Made by a program: the position numbers and the translations under genes. Shown piece after piece: positions 40,411 through 50,589 of a stretch of 64,000 nt of DNA. This stretch comes from Lentisphaeria bacterium. GTDB taxonomy: Bacteria; Verrucomicrobiota; Lentisphaeria; JABSQK01; JAWLHB01. The stretch's first letter is position 1. Each line of letters starts with the position of its first letter. The stretch is taken from positions 248,001 to 312,000 of the forward strand of contig JAWLHB010000002.1 in the NCBI GenBank assembly GCA_041690595.1. The letters run 5' to 3'. Below the pieces are notes generated by a model that was not told the DNA's origin, searched no databases, and worked only from the letters and a program-made list of their open reading frames with translations.

Positions 40411-42387
40411 CTACGGCATCTCTGAAGATACCGGATTGACCAGCCTCACCTGGATGCGGAATTTCAGCAAATTGCTGAACTTGGGATCGAAACTCACCCC
40501 GACCAAACGCGTCTCCAGAATCTGGTTTGAGAAGACATCGCTCATGCGCAACGCCTCGACAAATGTCTGCGGCAGATTGGGACGCGTCGTGGATATGATC
40601 TTGTTGCCCGAATTGAAGACGCCTATCAACTCTTCGTACGCGCGAAATGCTTCCGAAGACTCCGCTGAACTCGCATCCTTCTCACGCAACTCCCGATAGC
40701 GATCGAGGAGAATCTGCAACTGCGCCGGCGTAAAGACATTCCGCACCGGCTCACCACCCTGCCGTTCGGTGGTTTCCGGGATAGTGACGCAGTGACCCTG
40801 CACGTCAAACCACTCGAACTCGGCGGCCGTGGTCGTGGAGCCGGTAGTACCACCACCCTCAGGGACGAAAAACATCCCTCCCCCCATCGGATCCATTCCA
40901 GGATCCATGGTGGTTGTCTCCGGAATCTCTTCGGCAGCGGTTTGCGGATCCTGAAGCGGCTTGTCGATCGGCTTTATCGTGTCGAGCCAGAGATCGATCG
41001 GTTTGGCTTCCTGGAAGGCATTGTAGATCTCCATCCAGCGCATCCGGCGATTGAGCAGCGCTTCCATGGTTTCGTAACGCTTGATGGCGCTGTCGCGACC
41101 ATCATTCCCCCTGCCGATAAGTGTCGCATTCCGCTTCAACTGCTCGTAGCTGTTCTCTCGTCGATCCGCTTCGCCCCTGTACAGCTTCGCTCGGTGAGAG
41201 TTGACCATGCTTATGACCCCCAGCACCAATATCCACACGATGCAGCTGATCAGAATGAAGGGACGGCGCTTCTTGAAAACCTGCGCCCGGTTGATCGCAT
41301 CCGTGATCAGCGTAATCTCGACCGGGCACTCCACCGAGTTGCGGAGCGCTACACCCACAACCTCAGGGAACATGTGAGCAACTTCCTGAAGGTGCTGCGT
41401 ATCGAGATCCTCACCCAGCGTGACGATCTTGAACGGATTGAAGTAACTCACCTCCATGCGAAGCTTCTCGGAAAAGAAATGGTCCGTAAAAGCCATGGTG
41501 GAGCTTCCACCCGAAAGGAACAAGTGAGTCGGCTTGTTTCCCTTCTGCTGCGTGCGGTAAACATTGATCGAACGGTTGATCTCGCCATGAAGGCGCGTCA
41601 TGACGTTGCGGATGATCTTCGAAATCGTCGCCGCAACTTCAGACTCCGGCTCTTCGTACGCCCCACCGAGCGCTACAAAACCATGCCGGCGCTTCAGAAT
41701 CTCCGCCTCATCCGTCGATATGCCGAACTCCTTGGCGATCTGCTGCGTGATCGTGAAACCGGCAATGGGAATGGCCCGGGCGAAAAAACGCTCCCCGTCA
41801 AGGAAAAGCAGGTTCGTGCAGCGCCCTCCAATATCCAGAAGCATGGCGCACTCTTCTTCACCCACATAATTGGCGCGCGCCGCATTGTACAGCGCGGCAG
41901 GGGCGAAATCCACTAGCTCCGGCTGCAGATCAAGATCCGTCACCGCACGTATGACACCATCCACGATGTCATTCTTGATCACCGCAAACATCACTTCCAG
42001 TTCCTCTTCGTCAGAGCCGATCAACTGGTAGTCCCAGATGACCTCTTCCATCGGGAAAGGAACGTTCTGGCGCGCCTCATATTCCACTATCTGCCGAACC
42101 CGAGACGCTTCTTCGGTTACCGGCGGAAGCTTCACAAAGCGCATGAACGCAGCCTGGCCCGAGACGCAGATGGAGCAGCGCTTGCTCGTAAACTTCCCTT
42201 CTTCCATCGCTCGCCGAAGCGCCGAGTTGATCACCATCGTACGGTTCGTTTCGGTGAGGTTCTCGGTGTACTCCACATTGGTGAAGGCACGCAGGACTAT
42301 CGCACCACTGCCCAGGTAATCGAACTCGCCCGCGTGAATCGCGGTGGAGCCGATATCGAGAACTAAGATTCGGTCGCGCTTAGCCAT
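40411..42387 (-). CDS. pilM: PilM-PilN fusion, Amuc_1101-like
   Basis: LDIGSTAI, EARQNVPFPMEEVIWDY, LDIGG, LSGG, NPF, VGVALR, then a TM and a periplasmic PilN-like region. Confidence 0.9.
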   Translation of the reverse strand: MAKRDRILVLDIGSTAIHAGEFDYLGSGAIVLRAFTNVEYTENLTETNRTMVINSALRRAMEEGKFTSKRCSICVSGQAAFMRFVKLPPVTEEASRVRQIVEYEARQNVPFPMEEVIWDYQLIGSDEEELEVMFAVIKNDIVDGVIRAVTDLDLQPELVDFAPAALYNAARANYVGEEECAMLLDIGGRCTNLLFLDGERFFARAIPIAGFTITQQIAKEFGISTDEAEILKRRHGFVALGGAYEEPESEVAATISKIIRNVMTRLHGEINRSINVYRTQQKGNKPTHLFLSGGSSTMAFTDHFFSEKLRMEVSYFNPFKIVTLGEDLDTQHLQEVAHMFPEVVGVALRNSVECPVEITLITDAINRAQVFKKRRPFILISCIVWILVLGVISMVNSHRAKLYRGEADRRENSYEQLKRNATLIGRGNDGRDSAIKRYETMEALLNRRMRWMEIYNAFQEAKPIDLWLDTIKPIDKPLQDPQTAAEEIPETTTMDPGMDPMGGGMFFVPEGGGTTGSTTTAAEFEWFDVQGHCVTIPETTERQGGEPVRNVFTPAQLQILLDRYRELREKDASSAESSEAFRAYEELIGVFNSGNKIISTTRPNLPQTFVEALRMSDVFSNQILETRLVGVSFDPKFSNLLKFRIQVRLVNPVSSEMP

Positions 42388-42405
42388 TATTGCCGCTGTC
42401 TCGCC

Positions 42406-43119
42406 TTAATTCTTTGGTTCGACGATGGTTTCGAATGTCTCGTAGCTCGCCCACTCCCACGGGGTCTCCTTACGGCTCAGAAGGCCGCCTATCGGCCGGA
42501 TCACTTCCTCTGAGGCGAAAAGTTCACCGCGACGCCCTGCCGCGCTCAAGCGGCCGATATCGCCCGATTTGATAGCAAATTTCTTGCCGCGGGCTCCCAT
42601 CTCGCCGCGCGTCTTGCGGCCGACTCGAAAGCTTACACGCGTGAAAATATCGTCCAGCGCCAATTTGCTGGCATACCGCGACAGCAGCGTCGGCTCTACA
42701 TAGGCTACCGCAAAGTACCGGCGCTTGTTGACGTTGATGTTGGCATAGTTGATCACCTTGTTCAACCGAATGGCCTTGCGATCATCGTACTGGTTGCCCC
42801 GCTTTTCGGGAGCAATGATCACCGTCCACTCGATCTCAAGATCGTCGAGCCACAGATTCTTCGGATCGCTGTAACGGCCTGCGCGAGCTGGATCCAGAAC
42901 AACCGTATACTCGATCATCAGCCTGAGCCAGGATTGCGTGCCCCCCTTGCTGATATTGTCCACATCGGGAAAAACATCGTCATACTTGACCGTTCGCAGA
43001 TCCCAGTCCACCACGTTGATCTCAACATGATCCGGCTCCACAGCTTCAAACTGCGCGCGCACTTGTGGTGCAATCAAGGAGACTACCAGAGCCGCGAACA
43101 CAAGCAGAAGATGCTTCAT
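42406..43119 (-). CDS. Exported protein, Amuc_1102-like
   Basis: Signal peptide; WLRLMIEY, WLDDL, AYVEP..L.RY, GLLSRKETPW; first gene of cluster. Confidence 0.7.
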   Translation of the reverse strand: MKHLLLVFAALVVSLIAPQVRAQFEAVEPDHVEINVVDWDLRTVKYDDVFPDVDNISKGGTQSWLRLMIEYTVVLDPARAGRYSDPKNLWLDDLEIEWTVIIAPEKRGNQYDDRKAIRLNKVINYANINVNKRRYFAVAYVEPTLLSRYASKLALDDIFTRVSFRVGRKTRGEMGARGKKFAIKSGDIGRLSAAGRRGELFASEEVIRPIGGLLSRKETPWEWASYETFETIVEPKN

Positions 43120-43241
43120 TCAATTACCTCAATAAAAAGATGCTTAAGGGGGCTGCCGTGCATGAACCGTATGGTTTCGCTGCCATTTCCGCAACACCCC
43201 GAAGTTGGCCCACCGCAAGCGCTACCACGCTGAACCATCTT

Positions 43242-43270
43242 ATAGTACTCGCCAGAATCCAACTTGGCAA
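43242..43270 (-). promoter_or_regulatory. Sigma70-like promoter of pilus cluster
   Basis: TTGCCA-N17-TACTAT on minus strand. Confidence 0.6.
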
Positions 43271-43333
43271 ATAGCAAAGGCGAAAATGTGGCTCGAGCCG
43301 CGAAGCAGGGTAGGGTCAAAGCAGGGTAACCGT

Positions 43334-44293
43334 TCATTGATCGTGAATGTTCCAGAGTTGGCGGGTGATCGTGGAGTGGACCGGAAAACGACTCCGCCAC
43401 ATGCGCCCTACACGACAGGACTGCGCAATCTCGCTCGGCAGCACCACGCGCGCGGCGATCAATTGAGAGTTCATCTCGGTAACGCGTGCCCGCATTTCCC
43501 GTTCCAGCGCGACGGCCATCATGCGCCGTCCTTCCGCTCGCGCCTGGGCGACTACGGTATCGGCCGCTGCCTGTTCTTCGGCCAACCTCGCACCAACATT
43601 GTCGACCACATCCACGTCCGCAACATCGACGGAAACAATTTCGAAGGAAGTGCCGCTGTCCAGACCGCGAGAGAGAATGTACTGAGAGATGATTTCAGGC
43701 CGCTCAAGAATCTCCTTGTGCGAGGCAGCGGCGCCAATCGCGGCGACGATACCCTCACCCACGCGCGCGATCACCGTCTCCTCATTCGCGCCACCGACCA
43801 GCCGTTCCAGATTCGTCCGAACCGTCACCCGAACAGTGGCGTTCACCCGTATTCCATCCCGCGCAACCCCAAGTACCCGGCCGCTGCCGCTCGGCGGACA
43901 GACCAGAACCTTCGGATTGACGATCGCATCGACCGCGTAAAAGACATCCCGACCTGCAAGATCGATCGCCGCAAGCTGATCGAAATCCACATTGATCCCC
44001 GCCTTGCTGGCCGAGATGATCGCCTCCGCGACTCGCTGTAGATTGCCGCCCGTCAACATGTGCGCCTCAAGCGAATCGAACGGAACATGTATGTCCGCTT
44101 TCGCCAGACGAATCGCCTGCTCCAGAATGAAGTTCGGATTGAGCCCCCGCAACTTCATCCCGATCATCTCGATGAAACTGACATTAACTCCCGAAACGCG
44201 CGCCTGAATCCATAACGCAAAAAACGGCAGGATGATCCCCATGCCGACCACGACCACCACCAGCAACGCTATTCCGAGAAACCATTGCAGCAT
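43334..44293 (-). CDS. floA: Flotillin-like protein FloA (YqfA family)
   Basis: LEAHMLTGGN, AAIDLAGRDV, VGGANEETVIARVGEGIV, GLDSGTSFEI, AQARAEGRR. Confidence 0.92.
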   Translation of the reverse strand: MLQWFLGIALLVVVVVGMGIILPFFALWIQARVSGVNVSFIEMIGMKLRGLNPNFILEQAIRLAKADIHVPFDSLEAHMLTGGNLQRVAEAIISASKAGINVDFDQLAAIDLAGRDVFYAVDAIVNPKVLVCPPSGSGRVLGVARDGIRVNATVRVTVRTNLERLVGGANEETVIARVGEGIVAAIGAAASHKEILERPEIISQYILSRGLDSGTSFEIVSVDVADVDVVDNVGARLAEEQAAADTVVAQARAEGRRMMAVALEREMRARVTEMNSQLIAARVVLPSEIAQSCRVGRMWRSRFPVHSTITRQLWNIHDQ

Positions 44294-44297
44294 ACCC

Positions 44298-45797
44298 TTA
44301 TTCTCCCGGAGAGTAGTTCGGTGCGTCTTTCGTAACCTTGATGTCGTGCGGATGAGCTTCCCGCAAGCCCGCGGAAGACACTCTTACAAGTTTAGCCGTT
44401 TTCCGCAGCGAACGCAAGTCCCTCGCACCACAGTAACCCAGAGAAAAGCGAAGTCCACCCGCAAACTGAACCAGCACATCCTGAACCGTGCCCCGATACT
44501 GTACAAGTCCTTCAATCCCCTGAGGGACAAGCTTGGACTTGTCGCTGACATTGGCCTGCCCGTATCGCTCCCTGCTCCCTTTGCCTTTCTCCATTGCCTC
44601 GATGCTGCCCATGCCCCGATACACCACGTAAGTGCGACCATGATGCAGGATCTTCTGACCAGGGCTCTCCTGCGTTCCCGCAAGCGCCGAACCCATCATC
44701 ACGCAATCACCGCCCACGCACAACGCCTTTACCACATCTCCAGAATACTTGATACCCCCGTCCGCAATGATCGGCACCTCGCCGCCGACGCCGCGATACG
44801 TCTCATAGACGGCGGTAAGCTGCGGTATACCCACCCCGCAGACGACCCGCGTCGTGCAGATCGAACCGGGACCCACACCCACCTTGATCGCATCCGCACC
44901 CGCTCTCACAAGGGCGATCCCTGCCTCGGCCGAAGCCACGTTGCCGGCCACCACGTCGATGCTGGTATAGGCCTTCTTCAGCTCCTTGACACTCTCGATG
45001 ACTCCCTTCGTGAAACCATGCGCCGTATCGATGACCACCGCGTCGACGCCTGCCTCCACCAACCTCGCCACCCGGGAAAAGTCATACGGACTGACCGCCG
45101 CCGCAACCCGCAATTTGAACTGCGCATCGCGATTGATCGTCGGATCGATGTTGTCGCTGAGGCTCTTCACATCGTGAAAGGAGTACAGCCCCGCCAGACG
45201 CCCTTCGCCGTCCACGATCGGCAACTTCCCGACACGGTGCTCCCGCATGATCGAGAATGCCTGGTCAAGAGTCGTTCCCACTGGCGCGGTGATCAACTCC
45301 TTCGTCATCACGTCACTCACCGATACATCCGTGTTGCTGACGAACTTGATGTCGCGCGCTGTCAGAATGCCAACCAGCTTGCTGTCCGCATCCAGAATCG
45401 GAAACCCGGTGAACGTGTAGCTCTTGCGATGCTTGATGTCGAGCAGCTCGCTGAGGAGCATGTCGTGGCGGAAGCAAACCGGATTCTCGATGAGACCATT
45501 CAGGTAGCTCTTGACGCGCCGCACCTCTTCTGCCTGGCGATCTTCATCGAGGTTCTTGTGGATGACGCCGATGCCACCGGCAAGCGCCATCGCAATGGCC
45601 ATCTCGCTCTCGGTCACCGTATCCATTGCCGCGCTGGCAAAGGGGATGAAGGTCTTGATGTTACGGCTGAATCTGGATTCGATCACAGCTTCGTCTGGAG
45701 CGAAATCCGCATATTGGGTGACCAGCGAGACATCGTCAAAAGTCAGTCCCTCCCCGGGGAACTGTGCCATCAATGCCTCGATATGGGGGCTAAGCAC
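44298..45797 (-). CDS. guaB: IMP dehydrogenase with CBS pair
   Basis: [50 protein letters not shown]. Confidence 0.97.
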   Translation of the reverse strand: MLSPHIEALMAQFPGEGLTFDDVSLVTQYADFAPDEAVIESRFSRNIKTFIPFASAAMDTVTESEMAIAMALAGGIGVIHKNLDEDRQAEEVRRVKSYLNGLIENPVCFRHDMLLSELLDIKHRKSYTFTGFPILDADSKLVGILTARDIKFVSNTDVSVSDVMTKELITAPVGTTLDQAFSIMREHRVGKLPIVDGEGRLAGLYSFHDVKSLSDNIDPTINRDAQFKLRVAAAVSPYDFSRVARLVEAGVDAVVIDTAHGFTKGVIESVKELKKAYTSIDVVAGNVASAEAGIALVRAGADAIKVGVGPGSICTTRVVCGVGIPQLTAVYETYRGVGGEVPIIADGGIKYSGDVVKALCVGGDCVMMGSALAGTQESPGQKILHHGRTYVVYRGMGSIEAMEKGKGSRERYGQANVSDKSKLVPQGIEGLVQYRGTVQDVLVQFAGGLRFSLGYCGARDLRSLRKTAKLVRVSSAGLREAHPHDIKVTKDAPNYSPGE

Positions 45798-45874
45798 GGT
45801 CGGTATCCTTGCTCTTTTGGTGGTCGTTACGGAAGACGTGTCAGCGAGGCTGACCTGCTTCCCCTGACCAAGAT

Positions 45875-45902
45875 AAGGTAGAAGGCACGGCGGCTATGTC
45901 AA
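45875..45902 (-). promoter_or_regulatory. Sigma70-like promoter of guaB
   Basis: TTGACA-N16-TACCTT on minus strand. Confidence 0.55.
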
Positions 45903-46015
45903 GCAGTGCCCCTTCAATTGCCTGCGCGACCAGTTATACCGCCGGCTTGACAGGCGCGCCCAGCCGTTGTGTAGTATCAAGAAAGGATACCCTCAACGCC
46001 CCTGCGAATCTCCAG

Positions 46016-46870
46016 ATGACAGAGCTCACTTTCTACGATATCCTGCGGATTTCGCGAACGGCCACCTTTGCTGAACTGAAGAAGGCCTACTACCAGCGGG
46101 CAAAGGAGTGTCACCCCGACCTGCACCATGGCTCCAGCGCCAGGACCGAAGACTTCAAACGCCTGGTCCACGCCTTCAACGTCCTGTCTGACCCGCTTCA
46201 GCGCCGGCAATACGACGAGCAGTTGCGCTTTGTCACCGACCTGGGCGCAAGCGGCTTTACCGGCGATGCCATCGGCTATATGCCCCCCGATGGCATACCC
46301 ATCATGGACAGCGTGGCGGACGATATTCTCGAAGAGCTGATCGTCGGCAACGACGTGCCCCCCGGCGCGACATTGCAGTCCTTGATGCGAGACTTGGAGA
46401 GCACCCGCAAATTCATCCGCTTCCGCGAAGGCAAGACCCTCTTGTTCCAGAACCAGCCTCGGGAAGCCTTCCAGCGCTTCAGCTCCGCCAGCGCCGAAAG
46501 CCCATCCAATATTCTCTATCGCTATTACCTGGCAGCGACGTGCCTGCGCCTCGACATGCGGCAGCTCGCACGCAAGCATCTCGAGCTATGCCTGCAACTG
46601 GGCTCCAGCCGCAATCCGCCCCAGTATCTCCAGCGCATTCGCGATGAGTTGCGCCGTAGCCGCCACCAGTACCGGGGCTTCCTCGGTTGGCTCGTTGACG
46701 CACTCAAGCCTCCCCCGCCCCCAGGCCGCTTCAAGAGCACCGAACAGCAGATGATCGAGGAAGTGAGCAGATCGATCGTCCACATTGTCCGCCAGGAGGC
46801 AAGAGAAAAGCGAGCGGCCGACCGGCAAAGGCGGCAGCTCGGCGAGGGCAAAGACGATCAGCGCTCCTGA
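46016..46870 (+). CDS. J-domain protein with TPR-like region
   Basis: FYDIL, LKKAY, HPD, AFNVLSDP.QRRQYD. Confidence 0.88.
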   Translation: MTELTFYDILRISRTATFAELKKAYYQRAKECHPDLHHGSSARTEDFKRLVHAFNVLSDPLQRRQYDEQLRFVTDLGASGFTGDAIGYMPPDGIPIMDSVADDILEELIVGNDVPPGATLQSLMRDLESTRKFIRFREGKTLLFQNQPREAFQRFSSASAESPSNILYRYYLAATCLRLDMRQLARKHLELCLQLGSSRNPPQYLQRIRDELRRSRHQYRGFLGWLVDALKPPPPPGRFKSTEQQMIEEVSRSIVHIVRQEAREKRAADRQRRQLGEGKDDQRS

Positions 46871-49008
46871 CCGCGCGACTGAGCCACTTCCCGCATCGAA
46901 AGCGATATCCGCCGTCGCTCTCGATCGATCCCGATGACACGCACCAGAACCGTCTGCATGGCAGCAATCACGCCCTGCCCCTGATTCACCAGCTCACTGA
47001 CGTGAACCATGCCGTCGCGGTGCACCCCGATGTCGACAAAGGCACCGAAGTTGGTGACATTGGTGATGCGGCCCGGCAGCACCATGCCCATCTTCACATC
47101 ATCGAACGTGCGCACGTCGTCGGCAAATGCGAAGGGGACGAAGACGGGCCGCGGATCACGCCCCGGCCGCTTCAGTTCCTCACGGATGTCGAGCAACGTT
47201 GGCATGCCGACCTCTCCCGCCACGAACTGGCCGAGATCCAGTGCCTCCAGCAACGCTTCATCCTCCATGAGCTGCTTGATCGAGGCCCCAAGCTCCGCCG
47301 CCATGCGCTCCACCAGCCCGTAGCTCTCCGGATGAACCGCACTCGCATCGAGCGGATTCCTTCCGCTTCGCACCCGAAGGAAGCCCACCCCCTGCTCGAA
47401 TGCTGTTTTGCCGAAGCGCGGCACCCGAAGCAACTGCTGCCGGTCGACAAAGCGGCCGTGCGTCTCCCGGTAAGCGACGATGTTGGCGGCAAGAGCAGGT
47501 CCCACCCCCGAGATCAACCGCAGAAGCTGAACGCTCGCCGAATTCACCTCCACACCAACGGCATGCACACAGCTCACCACCTCTTCCTCAAGCTTCTTGC
47601 GCAGCTTCTTCTGATCCACATCATGTTGATACTGCCCGACCCCGATGGTCTTCGGATCGAGCTTGACCAACTCCGCCAGAGGATCGATCAACCGCCGGCC
47701 GATCGAGACCGCGCCACGGACGGTGATATCCTCGTTCGGGAACTCCTCCCGCGCCAGATCCGAGGCGGAATAGATCGAAGCCCCACTCTCGTCCACCATG
47801 ATGACCTGCACTCCCGCCAGGTGCCAGCCACGAATGCATGCCTCGGCTTCGCGTCCCCCGGTGCCGTTGCCGATGGCGATAGCCCGGATGCCATGCTTCG
47901 CGCACACCCCCTCCAGAGCCTTCCTGGCTTCCATCTCCGCTTTCACGCCTTGGCTCAGGAAGAGAACCATGCTGGCAACGAGACAACCGGTGGCATCGAG
48001 CACCACGGTCTTGCAGCCGGTTCGCAGCCCCGGATCGATGGCCACGATCGGCTGTGGCCCAAGCGGCGCCGCCATCAGCAGATTGCGCAGATTGCGGGCA
48101 AAGACCGCGATAGCCTTATCGTCCGCGCTCTCCTTGAGCTGGTTTCGCAGCTCCGTCTCCAGAGATGGGGCCAGAAGGCGCCGGTAGCTCTCCTCCACGG
48201 CGAGAAGAAGCTGCTCCCCCATGGCGTTGCGGCGACGCACCAGCCGGTCCGCCATCATCGCAATCGCTTCCGCCGCCGGGGGGCGAATCGAAACCCGCAA
48301 AAAGCCCTCACGCGCCCCCCGCAGAATGGCGAGCAGACGATGACTTGGAACGCGCTTGGCCAGCTCGCTCCACTCAAAGTAATCCCGATACGTCTCCCCT
48401 TCCTTTGCTTTCCCCTTGACTACGCTGGCTGTGAGAATGGCCTTCTCGGCAAAGAAGTGGCGCAAGGCCTGGCGAATGCTGGCGTTCTCGCTGATCCATT
48501 CCGCCTGAATGTCGCGCGCCCCCTGAAGCGCCGCCTCCACGTCAGTCACATGCTCCGTCACATACGAGCGCGCAACCGTGTATGGATCCAAATTCTGGCG
48601 ACCTTCATTCAGCAGCTTCGCCAAAGGCTCCAACCCCAACTCGATGGCCACCTGAGCACGCGTACGCCGCTTTTCCCGATACGGCATGAAAAGATCCTCG
48701 AGCTCCGTCAGGTTCCGCGCCCGATAGAGCTCCGTACGTAACTGCTTCGACAGCAGCCCTCGACGCTCCAGCTGCGACAGGATCACCCTCCGCCGCGTGT
48801 CCCTCTCCTCTATCCGCGCAGCCCCGTCGCGTATGGCCCGAATGCCCACTTCATCCAGACCGTCAAGGTGCTCCTTGCGATATCGGGCGATGAAAGGCAC
48901 CGTCGCCCCACCCTGCAGCAGAACAAGTGTACGACATACCTGTCCCAGCTCCAGATCCAGAGACGTGGCAAGCTCCAGAAGAGCCCCCTGCGTATAGTCG
49001 GTCGCCAT
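46858..49008 (-). CDS. tex: Tex family RNA-binding transcriptional accessory protein
   Basis: GATVPFIARYRKE, DPGLRTGCK, AIGNGT, GVGQYQHDV, C-terminal S1 domain. Confidence 0.96.
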   Translation of the reverse strand: MATDYTQGALLELATSLDLELGQVCRTLVLLQGGATVPFIARYRKEHLDGLDEVGIRAIRDGAARIEERDTRRRVILSQLERRGLLSKQLRTELYRARNLTELEDLFMPYREKRRTRAQVAIELGLEPLAKLLNEGRQNLDPYTVARSYVTEHVTDVEAALQGARDIQAEWISENASIRQALRHFFAEKAILTASVVKGKAKEGETYRDYFEWSELAKRVPSHRLLAILRGAREGFLRVSIRPPAAEAIAMMADRLVRRRNAMGEQLLLAVEESYRRLLAPSLETELRNQLKESADDKAIAVFARNLRNLLMAAPLGPQPIVAIDPGLRTGCKTVVLDATGCLVASMVLFLSQGVKAEMEARKALEGVCAKHGIRAIAIGNGTGGREAEACIRGWHLAGVQVIMVDESGASIYSASDLAREEFPNEDITVRGAVSIGRRLIDPLAELVKLDPKTIGVGQYQHDVDQKKLRKKLEEEVVSCVHAVGVEVNSASVQLLRLISGVGPALAANIVAYRETHGRFVDRQQLLRVPRFGKTAFEQGVGFLRVRSGRNPLDASAVHPESYGLVERMAAELGASIKQLMEDEALLEALDLGQFVAGEVGMPTLLDIREELKRPGRDPRPVFVPFAFADDVRTFDDVKMGMVLPGRITNVTNFGAFVDIGVHRDGMVHVSELVNQGQGVIAAMQTVLVRVIGIDRERRRISLSMREVAQSRGQER

Positions 49009-49011
49009 CGT

Positions 49012-49731
49012 CTAGTCCTGATCGTCGTCGTCAAAAAGATCGTGACAGGGACCATACCGCTCATTCTCCCGAAGGATCTCCAGCGACACGTTGCTGGCCG
49101 ACACATAAGGTGCAAGGCACGTGGGCAACGCCATTTTGCCACAATCTTCGTCTTCGACATAGACCAGCTCGGCACCCTGTTCGCACCATGGCCGCTGGAA
49201 ACAATCCGGGCAGAAGCCGTTGCAGCCGTCCAGCATGACCATGCCGCCCGGCGCCATGATATCGAACTCTTTGCCCTCGACTTCCTCCCGCAGGTACGCG
49301 TAGACCAGCCGGTCGGGCACCCCGATGTGCAGATCGGCAATGTAGCCATGCATGTGTAGACGCTCCACAACCTCCTCCAGCTCCGCCGCCACATCCGTGT
49401 CACTCATGGCATCCAAGTCCTTGAAGACGACATTGAGCGAGTGCTTCACCGGCTTGCCCTCCATCCAGCGCTCGAAGCGCAGCCAGTCCGTATCCGGATC
49501 GTAATCTGGCTCCACTGGCGGAAACAACATCCCCTTTGCCTCCAGCGCCTCGCGGTTAGGGCACGCACGATAGGTGCGCGCCCAGTGCAACAGGACGCGC
49601 AGGCGGCTATTCTCCATCTTCAGCTCCTCGGGCGTCTCCTGGAAAACGTCACCAATATCCAGCCCAAGCGCCGCGAACTCCCGCTTCAGCCCCTTGTTCT
49701 CAAGAATATGATCTAGTTTGGCGCCCATCAT
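49012..49731 (-). CDS. Hypothetical protein with Cys cluster
   Basis: GCNGFCPDCFQRPWC; AAGGAGG RBS; 3 bp from tex. Confidence 0.8.
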   Translation of the reverse strand: MMGAKLDHILENKGLKREFAALGLDIGDVFQETPEELKMENSRLRVLLHWARTYRACPNREALEAKGMLFPPVEPDYDPDTDWLRFERWMEGKPVKHSLNVVFKDLDAMSDTDVAAELEEVVERLHMHGYIADLHIGVPDRLVYAYLREEVEGKEFDIMAPGGMVMLDGCNGFCPDCFQRPWCEQGAELVYVEDEDCGKMALPTCLAPYVSASNVSLEILRENERYGPCHDLFDDDDQD

Positions 49732-49908
49732 AACCTCCTTCAGCATGTTACTGCCATACCTTGTCACTCACATGGACATCTGTCCACCCAAATCGTCGGC
49801 GGATTTGCAATGCATCGGGGACAGCATAAGCTTATGGGTTGCCACGTTGCCTTCCGGGGAGGGAGGCAGCTTTCATCGAACCACGTCTTGCGAACTTGAT
49901 CAGTCTTC

Positions 49909-50520
49909 ATGCTGACCCTGACACGACCATCCAGAGCGAGCATCGAGCGGTGCCTGGCGGATCAGTCGCCTTGCAGATATACCTACGCCGAGGTCGGATG
50001 CACACAAAACGTTACGGACCCGACGCTGCCCCAACTGCGCGAACGGGTGCCGACCAGCTACGCCATCGATCGCACTCGAGCCCTCCTGGGATCAGGCGAA
50101 GGTTGCTACCTTCGCGCCTGCGAATCCATGCGCAGCTGGCGGATGTGCGACGTCGGATGGGCATCGGCCTGCTGGCCCGAGACACCGATCGAAATTGGTA
50201 GGATTGTGGCCATCCTCGCGCGCACCTACGGGCTCTGGTCGCTCAACGTGTCGCGCATTATCTACGTGATCGAAGATCGCGGCGACGTGGAGCGATTCGG
50301 CTTTGCATACGGCACCCTGCCCCACCACGTCGAGCGAGGCGAAGAGCGATTCTCCATCGAATGGGATCATGCCACCGACAAAGTCTGGTATCGCATCACC
50401 GCCATATCCCAGCCAAAGCATTGGCTGGTGAACCTCGCTCATCGCCTGGCCCGAAAAACCCAGCGACGCTTCGCCCGCGACTCCGTCTGCGCCATTCGCG
50501 CCGCCGCGAACGCACCATGA
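49909..50520 (+). CDS. DUF1990 family protein
   Basis: YAEVGCT, GFAYGTLPHHVERGEERF. Confidence 0.88.
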   Translation: MLTLTRPSRASIERCLADQSPCRYTYAEVGCTQNVTDPTLPQLRERVPTSYAIDRTRALLGSGEGCYLRACESMRSWRMCDVGWASACWPETPIEIGRIVAILARTYGLWSLNVSRIIYVIEDRGDVERFGFAYGTLPHHVERGEERFSIEWDHATDKVWYRITAISQPKHWLVNLAHRLARKTQRRFARDSVCAIRAAANAP

Positions 50521-50589
50521 CGTCCCGCCTCCCTCTTTTTTTATCCTGTTGACGCATCATTTCCCGAGGCGTGGAGTCCAAAAGCACAA

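Noticed and set aside
43120..43240. c-di-GMP riboswitch in the pilus operon leader
   Set aside because: No recognisable GEMM-I/II consensus; an Rfam scan would be needed.
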